A stretch of 64,000 bases of DNA. It comes from Octopus sinensis. Lineage: Eukaryota. This document shows, piece by piece, positions 37,570 through 51,202 of the stretch. The notes under the pieces are model-generated. The model was given only the letters and a program-made list of their open reading frames with translations. It did no database searches and was not told where the DNA came from. The stretch spans positions 5,084,001 to 5,148,000 of the forward strand of contig NC_043005.1 of NCBI RefSeq assembly GCF_006345805.1. The letters are read 5' to 3'. The translations under genes were made by a program, and so were the position numbers. How positions within the stretch are numbered: position 1 is the first letter of the stretch; each line of letters opens with the position of its first letter.

Positions 37570-38415
37570 CAGGGTGCGATGGGTAAATTGGCGCCATTTA
37601 TATTTTTAATTTCACCTATGCGCATTGTTTGTTTTCGATTTTGTTGACTACACAGTATAGTAGGGTCAGCTGGGCACTGTCAGTGAGAAAAACAGCACCA
37701 TGGCACAATTCACTCTGCCAGAAATTTGGAAACAACATGCTGTACTGCTTGGCATTCATGCCGGAAGCTCCAATATGAACATTTCAGAGTGTTTGGGTGT
37801 CAATCTGAGGACATGTACTGAGAGTGATAAGAATCAATAATCCAGTCAATATCATGAGTGTTTGCAGTGATCACTAGTGATGACAACATTATGCCTCCAT
37901 TCATCCTCTACATGGCCTCAGACTCAATCCTGGAGGAGGCAGTGCTGCTCTGGATCAAGAGGGTGGCTGCTGGAAGACTCTATGTCTGGCAACAGGACTC
38001 TACACCATGCCACACAGCAGAAGAACCCAGTCATGGCTGTCAGGCAATTTCTGTGACTGCATCACCCCTAACATCTGGCCACCTAACTCCCCAGACTGCA
38101 ACCCTTTTGATTATTGTGAGTGGGACAGTTGAGCAAAGCAACCAACAAAACTCCTTGTAACACCAAAGATGAATTGAAAGCAAGGGTTATGGCAGCATTC
38201 ATAAACTTAAACAAGGAGACCATCAAGAAGTGTTGCATCAGATTCTGAAGTTGTATGGAAGCTGTGATTGAAGCCAATGGCGATTTTATTGAATAAATTT
38301 ACTCTTTAGTAATTCAATATGTTTTTATATAATTTTGGTAATATATCTGTTAAAATGAGATGTCAGTGTTATTTTCATTTTTGTTTAATTTAGACAATTT
38401 ATTCATTGCACCCTG
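37570..38415 (+). mobile_element. Internally deleted Tc1/mariner superfamily element (maT/DD37D-like)
   Basis: TIR CAGGGTGCGATGGGTAAATTG / CAATTTATTCATTGCACCCTG followed by TA; VWQQDSTPCHT and WPPNSPDCNPFDY motifs in shifted frames. Confidence 0.8.
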
Positions 38416-38419
38416 TATA

Positions 38420-38835
38420 CAGGCACAGACATGTGGTAAGAAATTTGCTTCCCAACCACATGGTTCCAGGTTTAGTCTCACTGCATTGCAACTTAGGCAA
38501 GTATCTTCTACTAAGGGATTGGGCTGACCAAAGCCTTCTGAGTGTATTTTGTAGACATAAAAATTGTAAGAAGTTCATCATATATATGTATCTATATACA
38601 TCTATGTGTATGTGTGTCTTTGCGTCTGTGTTTATCCTCCTTATCCTCCACCTTCACTTGAAAACTGGTGTTGGTGTGTTTACATTCTCTTAACATAGCA
38701 CTTTGGTCGAAGAAACCGATAGAGTAAGTACCAGGCTTAAAAAAATAAAATAAGTTTTGGGGACAATTCATTCAATTAAAAATTCTTCAAGGCCCAGCAT
38801 GGCCATAGTCTAATGACTGAAACATGTAAAAGATA
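38420..38835 (+). mobile_element. SINE family A, degraded full length
   Basis: Head TGTGGTAAGAAATTTGCTTCCCAACCAC to tail TGACTGAAAC. Confidence 0.8.
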
Positions 38836-39299
38836 ATAAAAAAAGGTATAAGATGGTGGTTTGTTTTTCAGGCTTTTGTTTGTTTGTGTGTGTGTGTAAA
38901 TTGATCAGTTTAGCTGAGTGTCATTGTAGCAAAGCGCATCCAGCCATTTATAACTTGTGAATTTCAGCTAGCAGACATTAACTGTTATTTATTTATTTCT
39001 ACAGCTCAGCAGTTAGTGTGATCACACGGTAATAATGATTTCCAGGTCACTTCTCATCCTTTCCCCGGTTAGGAGTTGGGGTGCAAATATGAATAAACGT
39101 TTAACGCTATGATGATGAGGATAGTTGGGAGGGGTGTTGTGGTAGTGGGGGTGCAGGGAACTCTGGTGGTGATTGGTTGTGGTGGAGGGAATTGACTTGC
39201 AAATAAATCAAATCTGAACAAAGTAGCAAACAGCAGATTTATAAATAAACTATAATGATTTATTATTATTATTATTATTGTTATTATCATTATGATTAT

Positions 39300-40030
39300 A
39301 TAATTGCTGGCCTTGTACCTAGATCAGAATCTGTAATAAAAGTGAGTTGGCCGAATCAGCGCATTGGACAGTATGCTTCAAGACATTTTCATCTGTCTTT
39401 ATGTTCTGAGTTCAAATTCCACTTAGGTCATCTTTGCCTTTTCCCCTTTCGGGGTTGATAATAGAATAAGTACCAGTTGAGCACTGGGGCTCATGCATGC
39501 AACTAACCTTCTCCTTCAAATTGTCAGTCTTTATACCTATAGTTGAAAGGATTATTATTAGTAGTACATAATTGCTGGCTTTGTACCCAAGTCAGAAACC
39601 ATTACATAGAATTGTTAGAACATCAGATAAAATACTTTGCAATATTTATTTTAGTTCTTTAAGTTCTGAGTTCAAATCTCATCTAGATCGACTTTGCCTT
39701 TCATCCCTCCTGGGTTAATAAAATAAATACCAATTGAGCACTGGTGTCTGACTTACCCTTCCATTCCCAAAATAGCTGACCTTGTGCCAAAATTTGAAAG
39801 AATTATTATTATTAAGGTAGCAAGCTGGCAGAATTGTTAGCACGTCAGGCAAAATGCGTAGCAGTATTTCTTTTAAGTTTACATTCTGAGCTCAAATTTT
39901 GCTGTGGTTGACTCAGCCTTTCATCCTTTTGGGAGTTGATAAAAATAAGTACCAGTTGAGCAATGGAATTGATGTAATTGTCTTACCCCCACTCCTGAAA
40001 TTGCTGGCCTTGTACCAAAATTAGAAACTA
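39300..40030 (+). mobile_element. Head-to-tail cluster of 3-4 SINE family B copies
   Basis: TCTGAG(T/C)TCAAAT at ~39404, 39665, 39885, each followed by the TACCA(G/A)TTGAGCA module. Confidence 0.8.
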
Positions 40031-41249
40031 TTATTATTACTGTTGTTATTTATTGCTGAAGTTGAATGTATGCTAGAAGTTCTGTGAGTTTGTACCTTGT
40101 TTTCCTTTTTAGGGATTTGTTTAAATTGAATTTGTTGTTCCACTGTGTTTCTTAGTTGATCAGAACCATAAGGGGCCGATTAATCATTTTTGCAAGTTGC
40201 CCTTCTGAGCAACATTAGGAAAGAGAGAAAAAGGTTTGCAGCATAGAAAAAATTTCAAAATGGCTTCTTCATCTTTGTTAGTTGGCCAAAAAGAAAGGAA
40301 GGTGGGAGGAGGGTTTGAAAGTGAAACCATCTCTTGCAGTCAACTCCCACCACACAATGCTATAAATGTAGTAGTACTTTAAACAGTATTAAAATAGTAG
40401 CAACCACAGTAGCAACAATAACATGCCTAACAAAAAAGCTCACAGAATCACTAGCAGGAGAGAAGAGTGTTTTGCCACTCTTGTCACCACTATAGCAACA
40501 AATTAGTAGTACAAGCAAAGCCACCACTACCACCCCAATGATAAACAACAATGGCTGCAACAATAGTAAAAGCAGCAACAGCACAGCAGTAAAGGCACTG
40601 CAAAAAATATTCCTTTTGCCAAGATTACCAATGTTTTTGACATTGTTTCACTCAACAAAAAGCATGAATATTTAGAAGAGGTGGTGAAGCACCTCAGCAA
40701 ACAAGAACAAAGAAAAGTTATGCTTAATATAGCATAACATCTTTTAGACCAAAGAGAGAGGAAAGCAATTCTGTATAGAGACCCATCTATGAAAATACAC
40801 AAATTCGAACATATACTTTCAGACCAAGCTGAACTCTGGTTTAAAAAACATTTGACCAGACATTGATTTTGTGGGACATGCCCATAAGTTTGGATAAACA
40901 CTAGTGCAGATGCACTCTGCCATTTCACAAAGAACTGAAGATTTTACACTGATAACAATCACCTCAAGGATTTCTGCTCCCAGCTACAACAGAAAATGAC
41001 AGCTGAATGAAGGCCTCCACTACTGCCAGTGCTAACAACAGCAACAAAGATCTCGAAACAACATAAAAGACCATTATGAGGTTAAAGGCAAGAGGGATTT
41101 TTACAGCAGTCTGTTAAATCATCTCCAGAAAACAATAAGAATTTGAATAGCTGAAATTAGAAAAAGCAAACAGATTTGTGAAGAAAGCTTCACCAGTAAA
41201 GGACCAGTATGGATTCTACAGACAATGCAAATAACAGTAATAATAACAA

Positions 41250-41672
41250 TAGCTTCAAATTTTGACACAAGGCTAACAATTTGGTGGGAGGGCATAAGTC
41301 GATTAAATCAACTCTTGTATTCAACAGCTACTTATTTTATCAACCCCAAAAGAATGAAAGGCAAAGTCAACCTTGGCATAATTTAAACTCAGAATGCAAA
41401 GACACATAAAATACATTTTGCCTGGTATACTAATGATTTTGACAGTAATTATAATAATTCCTTTTTTAAGGGACAAGGCCAGCAATTTTGAGAGGATGTG
41501 GTGTAGCCAATACCATTGACTCCAGTACTTGACTGGTGCTTTATTTTATCACTTCCTGAAGGATGAAAGACAAAATTGACCTTGGATGGATTTGAACTCA
41601 GAATATAAGAGGCTGGAATGAATGCAGTAGATCATTTTTCCAACACTGTAATGATTCTGCCAGCTCACTGCT

Positions 41673-41675
<3 letters not shown>
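41250..41675 (-). mobile_element. Two tandem SINE family B copies
   Basis: Reverse-complement modules (ACTCAGAAT at ~41387 and ~41597), (TAA)n flank. Confidence 0.75.
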
Positions 41676-41706
<31 letters not shown>

Positions 41707-43917
41707 CAACAGTGATAATGATGATGATGATAATAATAGAAATAAGTTCAATCAATAATCTAAACTGGGTGTTGTGTCTCTTTCTTGGTGGCATTTTACC
41801 TGCCTATTTACTGAGTGGGACAAATTCATTTATAGTAATGTCTGGCATAAGGCCAATCTTTCAGTTATCTTGTTTTGCCTGAGAGAGAGACCTTGTGGTG
41901 TGTGTGAGTGTGTTTACAAGTGTGTATATGAGTCTATATGAATGTGATTATATGTATGATGTATAAGTATGTGTTTACACACTCACATGAGATACAGGAA
42001 TAGAGATGTGGATTGAGAATGGGAAAGAGATATATAGATAATGGTGATGTGAAGGAAAGACGGTAGAGAAACTGAGAAAGAAAGAAAGAGATACACACAC
42101 ACACACACGGAGGCTGAGACTTAGTGAGAAGAAGGGAAGAGCTGGAGAAGTAGATGAGAGAGACAGTGAAAAAGAGAGAGAAAAGTATAAATAATAGAGA
42201 GGGGAAGAGGACAGAAGAAAGATGTAGAAAGATAGATAAGAGCCAGTGAAGGAGAGATCATGAAAAGTGGTGGAGGTGTGGGAGATCATGGAAAGGTGAA
42301 ATACATGATAAAAAACCTATGAGAATCTTCATATCCAGAAATCTGCTGGTTAAGGTCAATTGATTTACCGTTAAACAACTCAACATCCTGTCATCGTATC
42401 ATATGGACATTGAATATTGTGAATGCATTGATACAGATAGAGGAACAGTTTATATTATTTCGTATCTTTTGCTTACAAGATCAAATCTCATGTGAAGTAT
42501 GATCTGATGTAACCAAAGGGACAATAGAGCAACCGGTAAAATACATTTATATGTTTCGTCTCTTTTGGTTGTGAGTTCAAATTTCACTGTGGTTTACTCT
42601 ACACAATTCCTCTACCTGCTAAATCTCATTTTAATCACATGTTATTGTTTTATGAAAAAGGGGGGTAGCTATGTCTGAAAGAATAATTAAGACAGAGTGG
42701 TCATGGCTGCAGTACTTTTGTTCATTGGTTTGCTGGATCAGCTTTGATCCAGGGTTAAGAACAATGAGATCATCCTGCTGGATGATGGGTATCGCATCCC
42801 TAAGTATCTACAGTACGGTTAACTTGATTGTGGATCATGTCCAGCAGTCAGTCCTTACTTGAGATATAGGGATGCATGGCAAAAGTGATTTCTGTTCAAT
42901 TATATTGAAATCAGATTATGGGAAACACACGACATAAACTGTTTACACTCAGAAACATACTGTGAAGAAGGACATTAAGAAAAGGGAAGGATAGTCAAAA
43001 TCAACCACAGACAAACAGGCACACACTCTCATACTTAGACCCAAACAAAGGTGGGGAGGCATGGACTCCACGTGTCTTCTCAGTCTTTATCTGTGGTGAT
43101 TGACTACAATAATGATCACCATTCTTGAATAAATTTACACAGTGATCGCATATGATGTGCCAACATGATGAGAAAGAGGCGGTGAATGGAGGGGAAAAGG
43201 AGGGAAAGGTAGAAATTTCCATCGTCTTCCTAAACAGATGGAGACAAACAACAAATACGCTGTGGAGTGATTCAATCAACTTTACTTCCTTTTAAAAATT
43301 TAGGACTTTGTAAGAACATAAGAACTCATTAGTTTATAATCCTGCTTAAATTTAGAAAAAACATATCACATTTCATCTCTGCCAGACACCAAAGATGATT
43401 TAATGGTGAAAGAGACTAAAAGAGAATTGGCTGATAAGCAGAAAGAGTTCAGTTGAACAGTAGTGTACAGAATATTAAGATAATATTTGAGAAATGTCAG
43501 TTGGTAAGTTCAACTTCCGGCTGTTGGAGTTAAAGTGTTTTGAACTTCTGGTCATATTGAATTGATATGGTTGAGATAGAAACAGAGGTGTAGAATAGAA
43601 ATGAAGAAAATTAAATATATTATACACACATGCATTTACTACAACTGAAAATTTGAGTGACTTTGTTATGCAGTTTGTTCAAAATATAATAAAATATATT
43701 AAAAAGCAATTAACAATAGAAGCAGCAATGGATGTATAGTTGAAAAATTTGCTTTGCAACTATATAGTTTTGGGTTCTATCCCACTGCACAGCACTTTGG
43801 GCACTTAATAGTATTTAAGGCCAATGTAAATTTACTATATTCAATGTATTTGATTTGTAATAATATAAATCAAGGTACTAAATGTAGCTGTAGGTAAAAA
43901 ATTTTTTAAAAAGATAG

Positions 43918-44980
43918 GTGCAGGTATAGCTGTGTGGTAAGAAGCTTGCTTCCCAACCGCATGGTTACAGGTTCAGTCCCACTGCATGTCACCTTGGGCA
44001 AGTGCCTTATACTATTGCTTTGGGCCGATCAAAGTCTTGTGAGTGGATTTGGTAGACAGAAACTGAAAGGAGCCCATCCTGTGTATTGTCTGCTAAAATG
44101 AATTCTCAAACACACACATAACATCCAAAGGTACATCTTTTACCTCTGATGATATTATGCTTATGTTGCATAAATGTAAATTTAATGTTTGTTGAGTATT
44201 AATAGAAACGGTTGTAAGTGAAGAGGACTAATTTGCTGTTAATAATAAACAATTATTAACTTCCCAATCTCCATTTTCTTCTTCTTTTAGATGTGTGTGT
44301 GTTTGTGTATATATATATATATTTATGTGTACGTGTCTTTGTGTCTGTGTTTGTCCCCAACCACTGCTTGACAACCAGTGTTGGTGTGTTTATGCCCCTG
44401 TGACATAGTGGTTTGGCAAAAGAGACTGATAGAATAAGTACCAGACTTAATAAAAAATAAGTTGATTCATTCAACTAAAACAAAAATTGTTGAAGGTGGT
44501 GTTGCAGCATGGCCGCATTCTAATGACTGAAATAAGTAAAAGATAAAAGAATGGTGAACGATAAATAGACTTGGCTGTGTGGTAAGAAGTTTGCTTCCCA
44601 ATCACATGGTTCCACGTTCAATCCCAATACATGGCACCTTGGGCAAGTGTCTTCTAATATAATCTTGGGCTGTCCAAAGCTTTGTGAGTGGATTTGGTGG
44701 GGACTGAACCTAGAACCATGTGGTTGAGAAGTAAACTTCTTATCACACAGCCATGCCTGCACACAGACGCATGTAATTGCATACACACACATTTATTTCT
44801 TACCTTTTACAGTCATTGAACTGTGGTGATGCTGGGGTACTCCCTCAAAGGGTGTAGTCAAGTAAGTTAAACCCAGTACTTTTTATTAAAGTCTAGTACT
44901 TATTCTGTCCACCTTTTATACCAAACTGCAAAGTTACTAGATGTAAACAAACCAACACAAGGTGCAAGGACAAATCAGTC
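43918..44980. mobile_element. Cluster of SINE family A fragments in both orientations
   Basis: Heads at 43918 and 44570 (+), 3' half 44330-44550 (+), inverted head 44700-44760, minus-strand tail 44800-44980. Confidence 0.75.
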
Positions 44981-45019
44981 ACATGCATACACATACATAT
45001 ATACACACATCTGTCTGTC

Positions 45020-45575
45020 TAGACCTGGTGAGTCAAGTAAAACCAATATTGTAGCTGGGGCTAGTGCCCCCTGACTGGTTCCTGTGTTGGTGGCACGTAA
45101 AAAGCACCATCCAAACGTGGTTCATGCCAGGTCCACCTGACTAGCTCCTGTGCCAGTGGCATGTAAAAAGCTCGAACTGAACGTGGTTAATGCCAGTATA
45201 AAATGCACCATCCAAATGTGGTTGATGCCAGGTCCACCTGACTGGCTCCCATGCCGGTGGTATGTAAAAAGCACCAACTAATTGTGGCTGATGCTAGTAC
45301 ACCCTAACTGGCTCTTGTGCCGGTGGCATGTAAAAAGCACCATCCGAACGTGATTGATGCCGGCCCGCCTGACTGGCTCCTGTGCTGGTGGCACGTAAAA
45401 AACACCCACTACACTCTTGGAATGGTTGGCGTTAGGAAGGGCATCCAACTGTAGAAACATTACCAGATCAGATTGGAACCTGGTGCAGCTGCTGGTTCTC
45501 CAGACCTCAGTCAAACTGTCCAACCCATGCTAGCATGGAAAATGGACATTAAACGATGATGATGATAATGATGAT
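45020..45575 (+). mobile_element. RTE-tail repeat with internal ~60-bp units
   Basis: Several GGCA(C/T)GTAAAAAGCACC units then family-C tail and (GAT)n. Confidence 0.85.
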
Positions 45576-46485
45576 ATTTATAGTAGTCCTAGATAGATAA
45601 AAAGGCATGATGGTCAGTAGTTGGGCATTTCTGACTGTGGATCTTGCTTAGTTTTGGGTAATGACCAGGGGCTAAATATCAACAACAACAACAACAGACA
45701 TATCAATTGGCATATAATTTCTGTTGTCTCTTGAATTTCAGCTTGAAGCTGACGATTCTCTCTGCCCCAGAAAGCATATGATTCTGTGAGGTTCCTGTGA
45801 ACTCACTGACTTCCAGCTGAGTTATTTACAAGGAGTGACAAAATGTCTTAGTGCTAAACCACAAGCCATAACTACCTCCTCTACTTCCTCTACCTCAATG
45901 CTCGAATTTCTTAAACACCACTTGATATGTTCATACTCACACACAAATACACAGATACACACCCTCACATTATAATTGCACAAACATACAAGAAGACAAT
46001 AATAACTGCACATACATACCATAAAATATAAGAAAGTTAAGTTTAAATAGGCTAGTATCCAATCCAGGGGTAAAAAGAACTCTCGTTGGCTTGATCCACT
46101 TGAAAATTTAAAATGTTTAAGGTTGTGAAGCAAATTTCTTAACCACTCAGCCATGTCTTCAACACATGTCTGTTAAAAGAAGACATGTAACATAGGCTAA
46201 TCCAAGCACCCAGTTTTCAGTAACATAACAGTATGATATAATATATCCTGTATTTTGTTTTCTTGTTTTAGCCATACTGGGGCATCACTTGGAAGGGTTT
46301 TGTCAAACAGATCAACCTTCAGTACTTATTTTTTGAAGTCTGACACCTATTCTATTGGGTCTCTTTTGCTGAAACTGTGAGTTACCTGGATGTAAATAAG
46401 CCAGACACTGAACTGCTAGCAACTCACCACCAGCATATAGCTTGGAGCGAATACATGTAAATCTTATAACTTTTGAAGTGTGTTA

Positions 46486-46594
46486 CATCACCTGATGAAG
46501 CTTACTGCACTGTGCATTGCATTGATGTTATTACATCATCCCACACTCACTAGGGAGCAATGCAGAATGAAGCTGAAATGATTGATTGCTGATA
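46486..46594 (+). ncRNA. Degenerate hammerhead motif with branched stem II
   Basis: CTGATGA (46492-46498), AGCTT/AAGCT, TGCATTGC/GCAATGCA, TGATGT/ACATCA, TCCC/GGGA, GAAA (46575-46578), then TGATTG (CpG-decayed CGATCG palindrome). Confidence 0.55.
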
Positions 46595-47208
46595 AAGACT
46601 CTAGTAACAGTCTGTCTTCCAGATCAATCGTTTAATATGTGTGTGTGTGTGTGTGTTTGTCCAACACTCAAGCTACACATTATTATCACCAACTCTTGTT
46701 TTGTGGGATTATTTCCACCCAGATTAAGAATTTAGATTTTAAGAGTTTGGGACTTTCAAACACAGATCCATTGTTAATCTATTGTGCACTTACTCTGGCA
46801 TCTTCCCATTCATTTATATGCATATCTATATACATCTACATCGACCCTTTTTGGCCAGGCCTACAGAATGATATCCCCGATATTACTCTACTCTTAACAT
46901 GTAGTATATAAATATATTTATCAATATTTCAGGGGATGGATATCAAATTTACCTTGATGTACATGAGCATAGTACTAAAAAGTATGACCTATATAGTGAT
47001 TACCAGAAGTAAGACAGCATTTGAAGTGATATTGATGCTTAAATGCTAGCTTACGTATGGGACAGCAGCTGGTATTCCTATTAGAGACTGCCGAGTCGAA
47101 CATGTGTTGGTGATTAATGGCTAATACGATCTGTTTCGCTGGATAATCACTGGTAATTAAAGCACTAAGACCGCAATAGAAATGAAGATATCATTGAAAT
47201 ATGTACGG

Positions 47209-47243
<35 letters not shown>

Positions 47244-47857
47244 TATATCTGTGTCCGTCTGTATTTTGCTTTCTCTCTCACTACATATATACATATATAT
47301 TATATATACACACATACACAAAATATATACACATATATCAATATAACATATACATGTACATACACACAATAATATATGGTGTATGTATGTTGTGTGTTTA
47401 TGTATACATACGCACATAAATGTATATGTCTTATATAAAAATAATATAATGCAGTAAACATATGTATGTATATATGACATGATGTACTAAATATACATGT
47501 GTATGTATGTGTATATGTAATGTAATATACATATGTGTGTGTGTGTGTGTTGTGTGTATTGTTCACTCACCTCGAAGGCGTGGTGAAACCGAAAAAAGCA
47601 CTAAGTTAACCATTGCACATAGACTCATAAACACGCACACGCACATGCAATGTGCACACACACTCAGAGGCTGACAAATACACAAGACACATGCATAGCA
47701 GTGCATACAGATAGACTTGGGTTATGCACACAATACAACCATGTACACAATGCTTACATACACTTCTATAAGCATGTGTATGTGTATATATATGCACATA
47801 AGAATTGTGCATGTATATTTATGTGTATATATATTTATATCTATGGATACATATTTA

Positions 47858-48072
47858 CAGGGTGCAGTGAAAAAACTGTTGCCTAAATTTTGTGAAAATG
47901 AAAATAACACTGATATTTCATTTTAACAGATATATTTACCAAAATTACATAGAAATATCTTGAAATACTAAAGAGTAAATTTATTCAATAAAATCACCGT
48001 TGGCTTCAACCACGGCCTCCAGATGACATTGGAATCTCCTGCAACACTTCTAGACAGTCTCCTTGTTTATGA
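47858..48072 (-). mobile_element. 3' end fragment of the maT-like element
   Basis: TA-CAGGGTGCA TIR; reverse complement of 38205-38415. Confidence 0.85.
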
Positions 48073-48195
48073 AATGTATAGTATTTATACACACTTTTTC
48101 TATATGAAAATATGTAGTCTATTGATTTTATTATGCATACTAGCCACTGGTATGAAATTTTTGTAAATTTTCTACCCTTTTAATTTTCACAGTAT

Positions 48196-48227
<32 letters not shown>

Positions 48228-48519
48228 GTGTGTATGTAAAGATGTATGCATTTATATAGCTATGTATAAATACATATGTATATACACATGTGTGGGTATA
48301 TATATATATATGTATATTTGTGTGTATCTTTTATCATTTACTTGTTTCACTCATTAGACTGTGGCCATGCTGGGGCACTGCCTTGAAGAATTTTAGTTGA
48401 ATGAATTCACTTCAGTATTTATTTTTTGAACCTGGTACTTATTCTCTTGAGCTCTTTTGCCAAACTGCTGTACATACAGACACACATACAAATATGTGTG
48501 TATGAGCATTGGGCCTCAT

Positions 48520-48825
48520 AGAGCCAGTGACAGGTGATCAAGACATTTGGTTATATACTGTGCTTGTATGTACCTGTGAAAGCAAGTGAGACCGTAGTTC
48601 TGGCCGGTGCTGGTATCCAGTGAATGGCACCTGTGCCAGTGGTACATAAAAAGCACCCACTACACTCTTGGAGTGGTTGGCATTAGGAAGGGCATCAAGC
48701 CATAGAAACCTTGCCAAACCTGATCGGAACCTGGTGCAGCTCCTCAGCTTACCAGTTTTCAGTCAAACTGCCCAACCCATCATGCCAGCATGGAAAGCAG
48801 ATGTTAAATGATGATGATGATGATG
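48520..48825 (+). mobile_element. RTE-tail repeat (family C)
   Basis: AAAAAGCACCCACTACACTC..GGAAGGGCATC..(GAT)n. Confidence 0.8.
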
Positions 48826-48860
48826 TTGTATGCATGTCTCTCTCTCTTTCTCTTTCTCTC

Positions 48861-48901
<41 letters not shown>

Positions 48902-49923
48902 ATATATATACGTTTTTATTATTTTTTGCAATTTACTTAATCATTGGTATTTTATTGTTATTTTAATATTTCTATTATATGTAATGTTCTAGATGGTGTA
49001 ATTTAATTGTTCATTTTGAATTGATAAAAGGTGTTTTTTTTCTAATTTATATATATATAATTTTCCATGTTAATGGTAAACATAGGATAATTCATTCACC
49101 CATTGAAATATATATATACACATACACCTTATTGCCACTCTCTATTGACCACACATTACTGTAGAAAATCACTAGTTGAAGCAATCAAGAAACACTAGGA
49201 AAACAATGTATTCTACTGCAGTCCTGTGTTTCTGAATAAGTATTCTTATATTGGCCTTCGAATCCTGAAAGCTCTCTGCAAAAACAAAACAACCTCTACA
49301 AATATTGCTTTCTAATTCTTTGATTAATCTTAATGGCAGATGCTCAAAACTGGGCCAAAATAACATCACTATCATCATTTACGTCCACTTTTCTAAGCTT
49401 ATGTGAGCCAGATTGAATTTATTGCAGCAAATTTTCTACAGCTGGATGTCTTTCCTGTTGCCAACCCTCACCTATTTCCAAGCAAGGTAATATTTCCCTA
49501 TGGCTAGATATGTTTTCCATAAAAGACTAGAAACGAACGACCTTGCTTGTATGATGATGGTCTTTATTTACAATCATCACATAAGGTACGCACAAACATA
49601 TGCACACCCACACATACACATAAATGTATAATTTGCTTGTTTGTCATTGGACTGCGGCCATGCTGGGGCACTGCCTTGAAGAATTTTACTCGAACAAATC
49701 AACTCCAGTACATTTCTGTCTTTTAATCCTGGTACTTATTCTATTAATCTCTTTGGCCAAACTGCTAAGTTACGGGGGATGTAAACACACCAAAACTAGA
49801 TGCCTAGATGTCAATCAGTGACGGGCGAGAGATATAGACACAAAGACACACACACACGATGGGCTTCTTTCAGTTTCTCTCTACCAAATCCACTCACAAG
49901 GATTTGGTTGGCTTGAGGCTATA

Positions 49924-51202
49924 TGAAGATCAGCTGAAAAGTTCATAGGCTGACCAAACTACTTTCATGGAATGTGACAAAATGAGGTTTCTTTTTCAAC
50001 ATAGTCCTCCCTGTGGTCCCTACACTTCTTCCATTGGTGTTGCAGTGCTTGGATCCTGTTGGAAAAGAAGCTTTCATCCTGTTGGTCAAAGTCATCAATA
50101 GCAGATATGACGTCATCATCACTGCAACACTGGTTCCCAGCCAAGTGTTTTTTCATGTTGGGGAATTGAAGATAGGGTCAAACCAGGAGAATAGGAAGGG
50201 TGATCTACCAGTTCAAGGCCACAGACATGCCTAGCAGACATTGAAACTAAGGGCTAATGTGCTGGAGCATTGTCCTGATGAAAGAAGAACCCTTTCATCA
50301 GTTTTCCCGGGCATTTGTTCTTGATAGCCTTTTGCAACTGTCTCAAGAAGTTGGCATAGTACTCTCCATTCAGGGTATCGCCCTTTTGAAGAGAGCCAAT
50401 AAACACAATTCCTTTTGCATCCCAAAAAACTGAGGCCATCACCTTCCCTGCAGATGAAATGGCCTTGACCTTTATTGGAGCAGATGAGGAGGGGTGTTAC
50501 TACTGCATGAATTGTTTCTTTGTCTCTGGCTCAAAGTAATGAAGACAACACTCATCCTGGGTTATGAAACACTCAAGGAAACCAACTGGACTTGTCTCAA
50601 ACAACGTTAGATTTTCCCATGATGTGATCAACCTGGTGCACTTTTGATCAGGTGTCAGAAGACATGGCATCCATCAAGCAGAAACTTTTATCATGCCAAG
50701 TTCGTTGTATAGAATATTCTCTACTTTGTCATGAGTGATGCTAATAGAGTTGGCTATTTGATTTATAGTTAATCACCTATCAATCTCCCGCATTGATCAT
50801 ATGGTGGATGCAATCATTTTTTCCCTCAATGCTGGAAGCTGTAGGTCGCCCAGACATTGGATCATCTTGAAGTCTCTTCCTTCCCCTCCTAAATTCAGCT
50901 GCCCACTTTTGTACTGGATTGTCATTCCCTAATGTAGTATGTCAGCATGTATGTCCTTGGGGGCTAAAAGCGTTTTGCTGAAAATACTTCATAACAACAC
51001 AATGCCAAATTTTATCCTTTTTTTAAGAGGCTTCATTACTAGTTAAATCTGAAGTCTTCTTTGAACAGTCAGATATCAGTTTACTAGGAAAGAAACAATG
51101 CAGTTATTAATATGAAGGGTTGAAATTAATGCATGAAATTAATTTCACAGCCCTAGCATCACTCCTTCATAGTCGGCCTATGAACTTTTCAGCTCATTCT
51201 CA
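49924..51202 (-). mobile_element. Near full-length mariner element, transposase pseudogene, nested in a SINE
   Basis: TIR core GCTGAAAAGTTCATAGGC / GCCTATGAACTTTTCAGC, TA on both sides; MASVFWDAKGIVFI..NGEYYANFL..FHQDNAPAH; host SINE GAGGCTA..TAGCAGAAGACA is split. Confidence 0.9.

Noticed and set aside
45748-45790. CTGACGA...GAAAGCATATG hammerhead-like or exon-like segment
   Set aside because: Stems I and II do not pair; frames after the AG hit stops
47118-47140. Minus-strand GAAACAGATCGTA hammerhead 3' half
   Set aside because: No CTGANGA box or stem I partner upstream
50231-50442. SETMAR-like domesticated gene
   Set aside because: No SET domain; transposase is fragmented by frameshifts and bounded by TIRs
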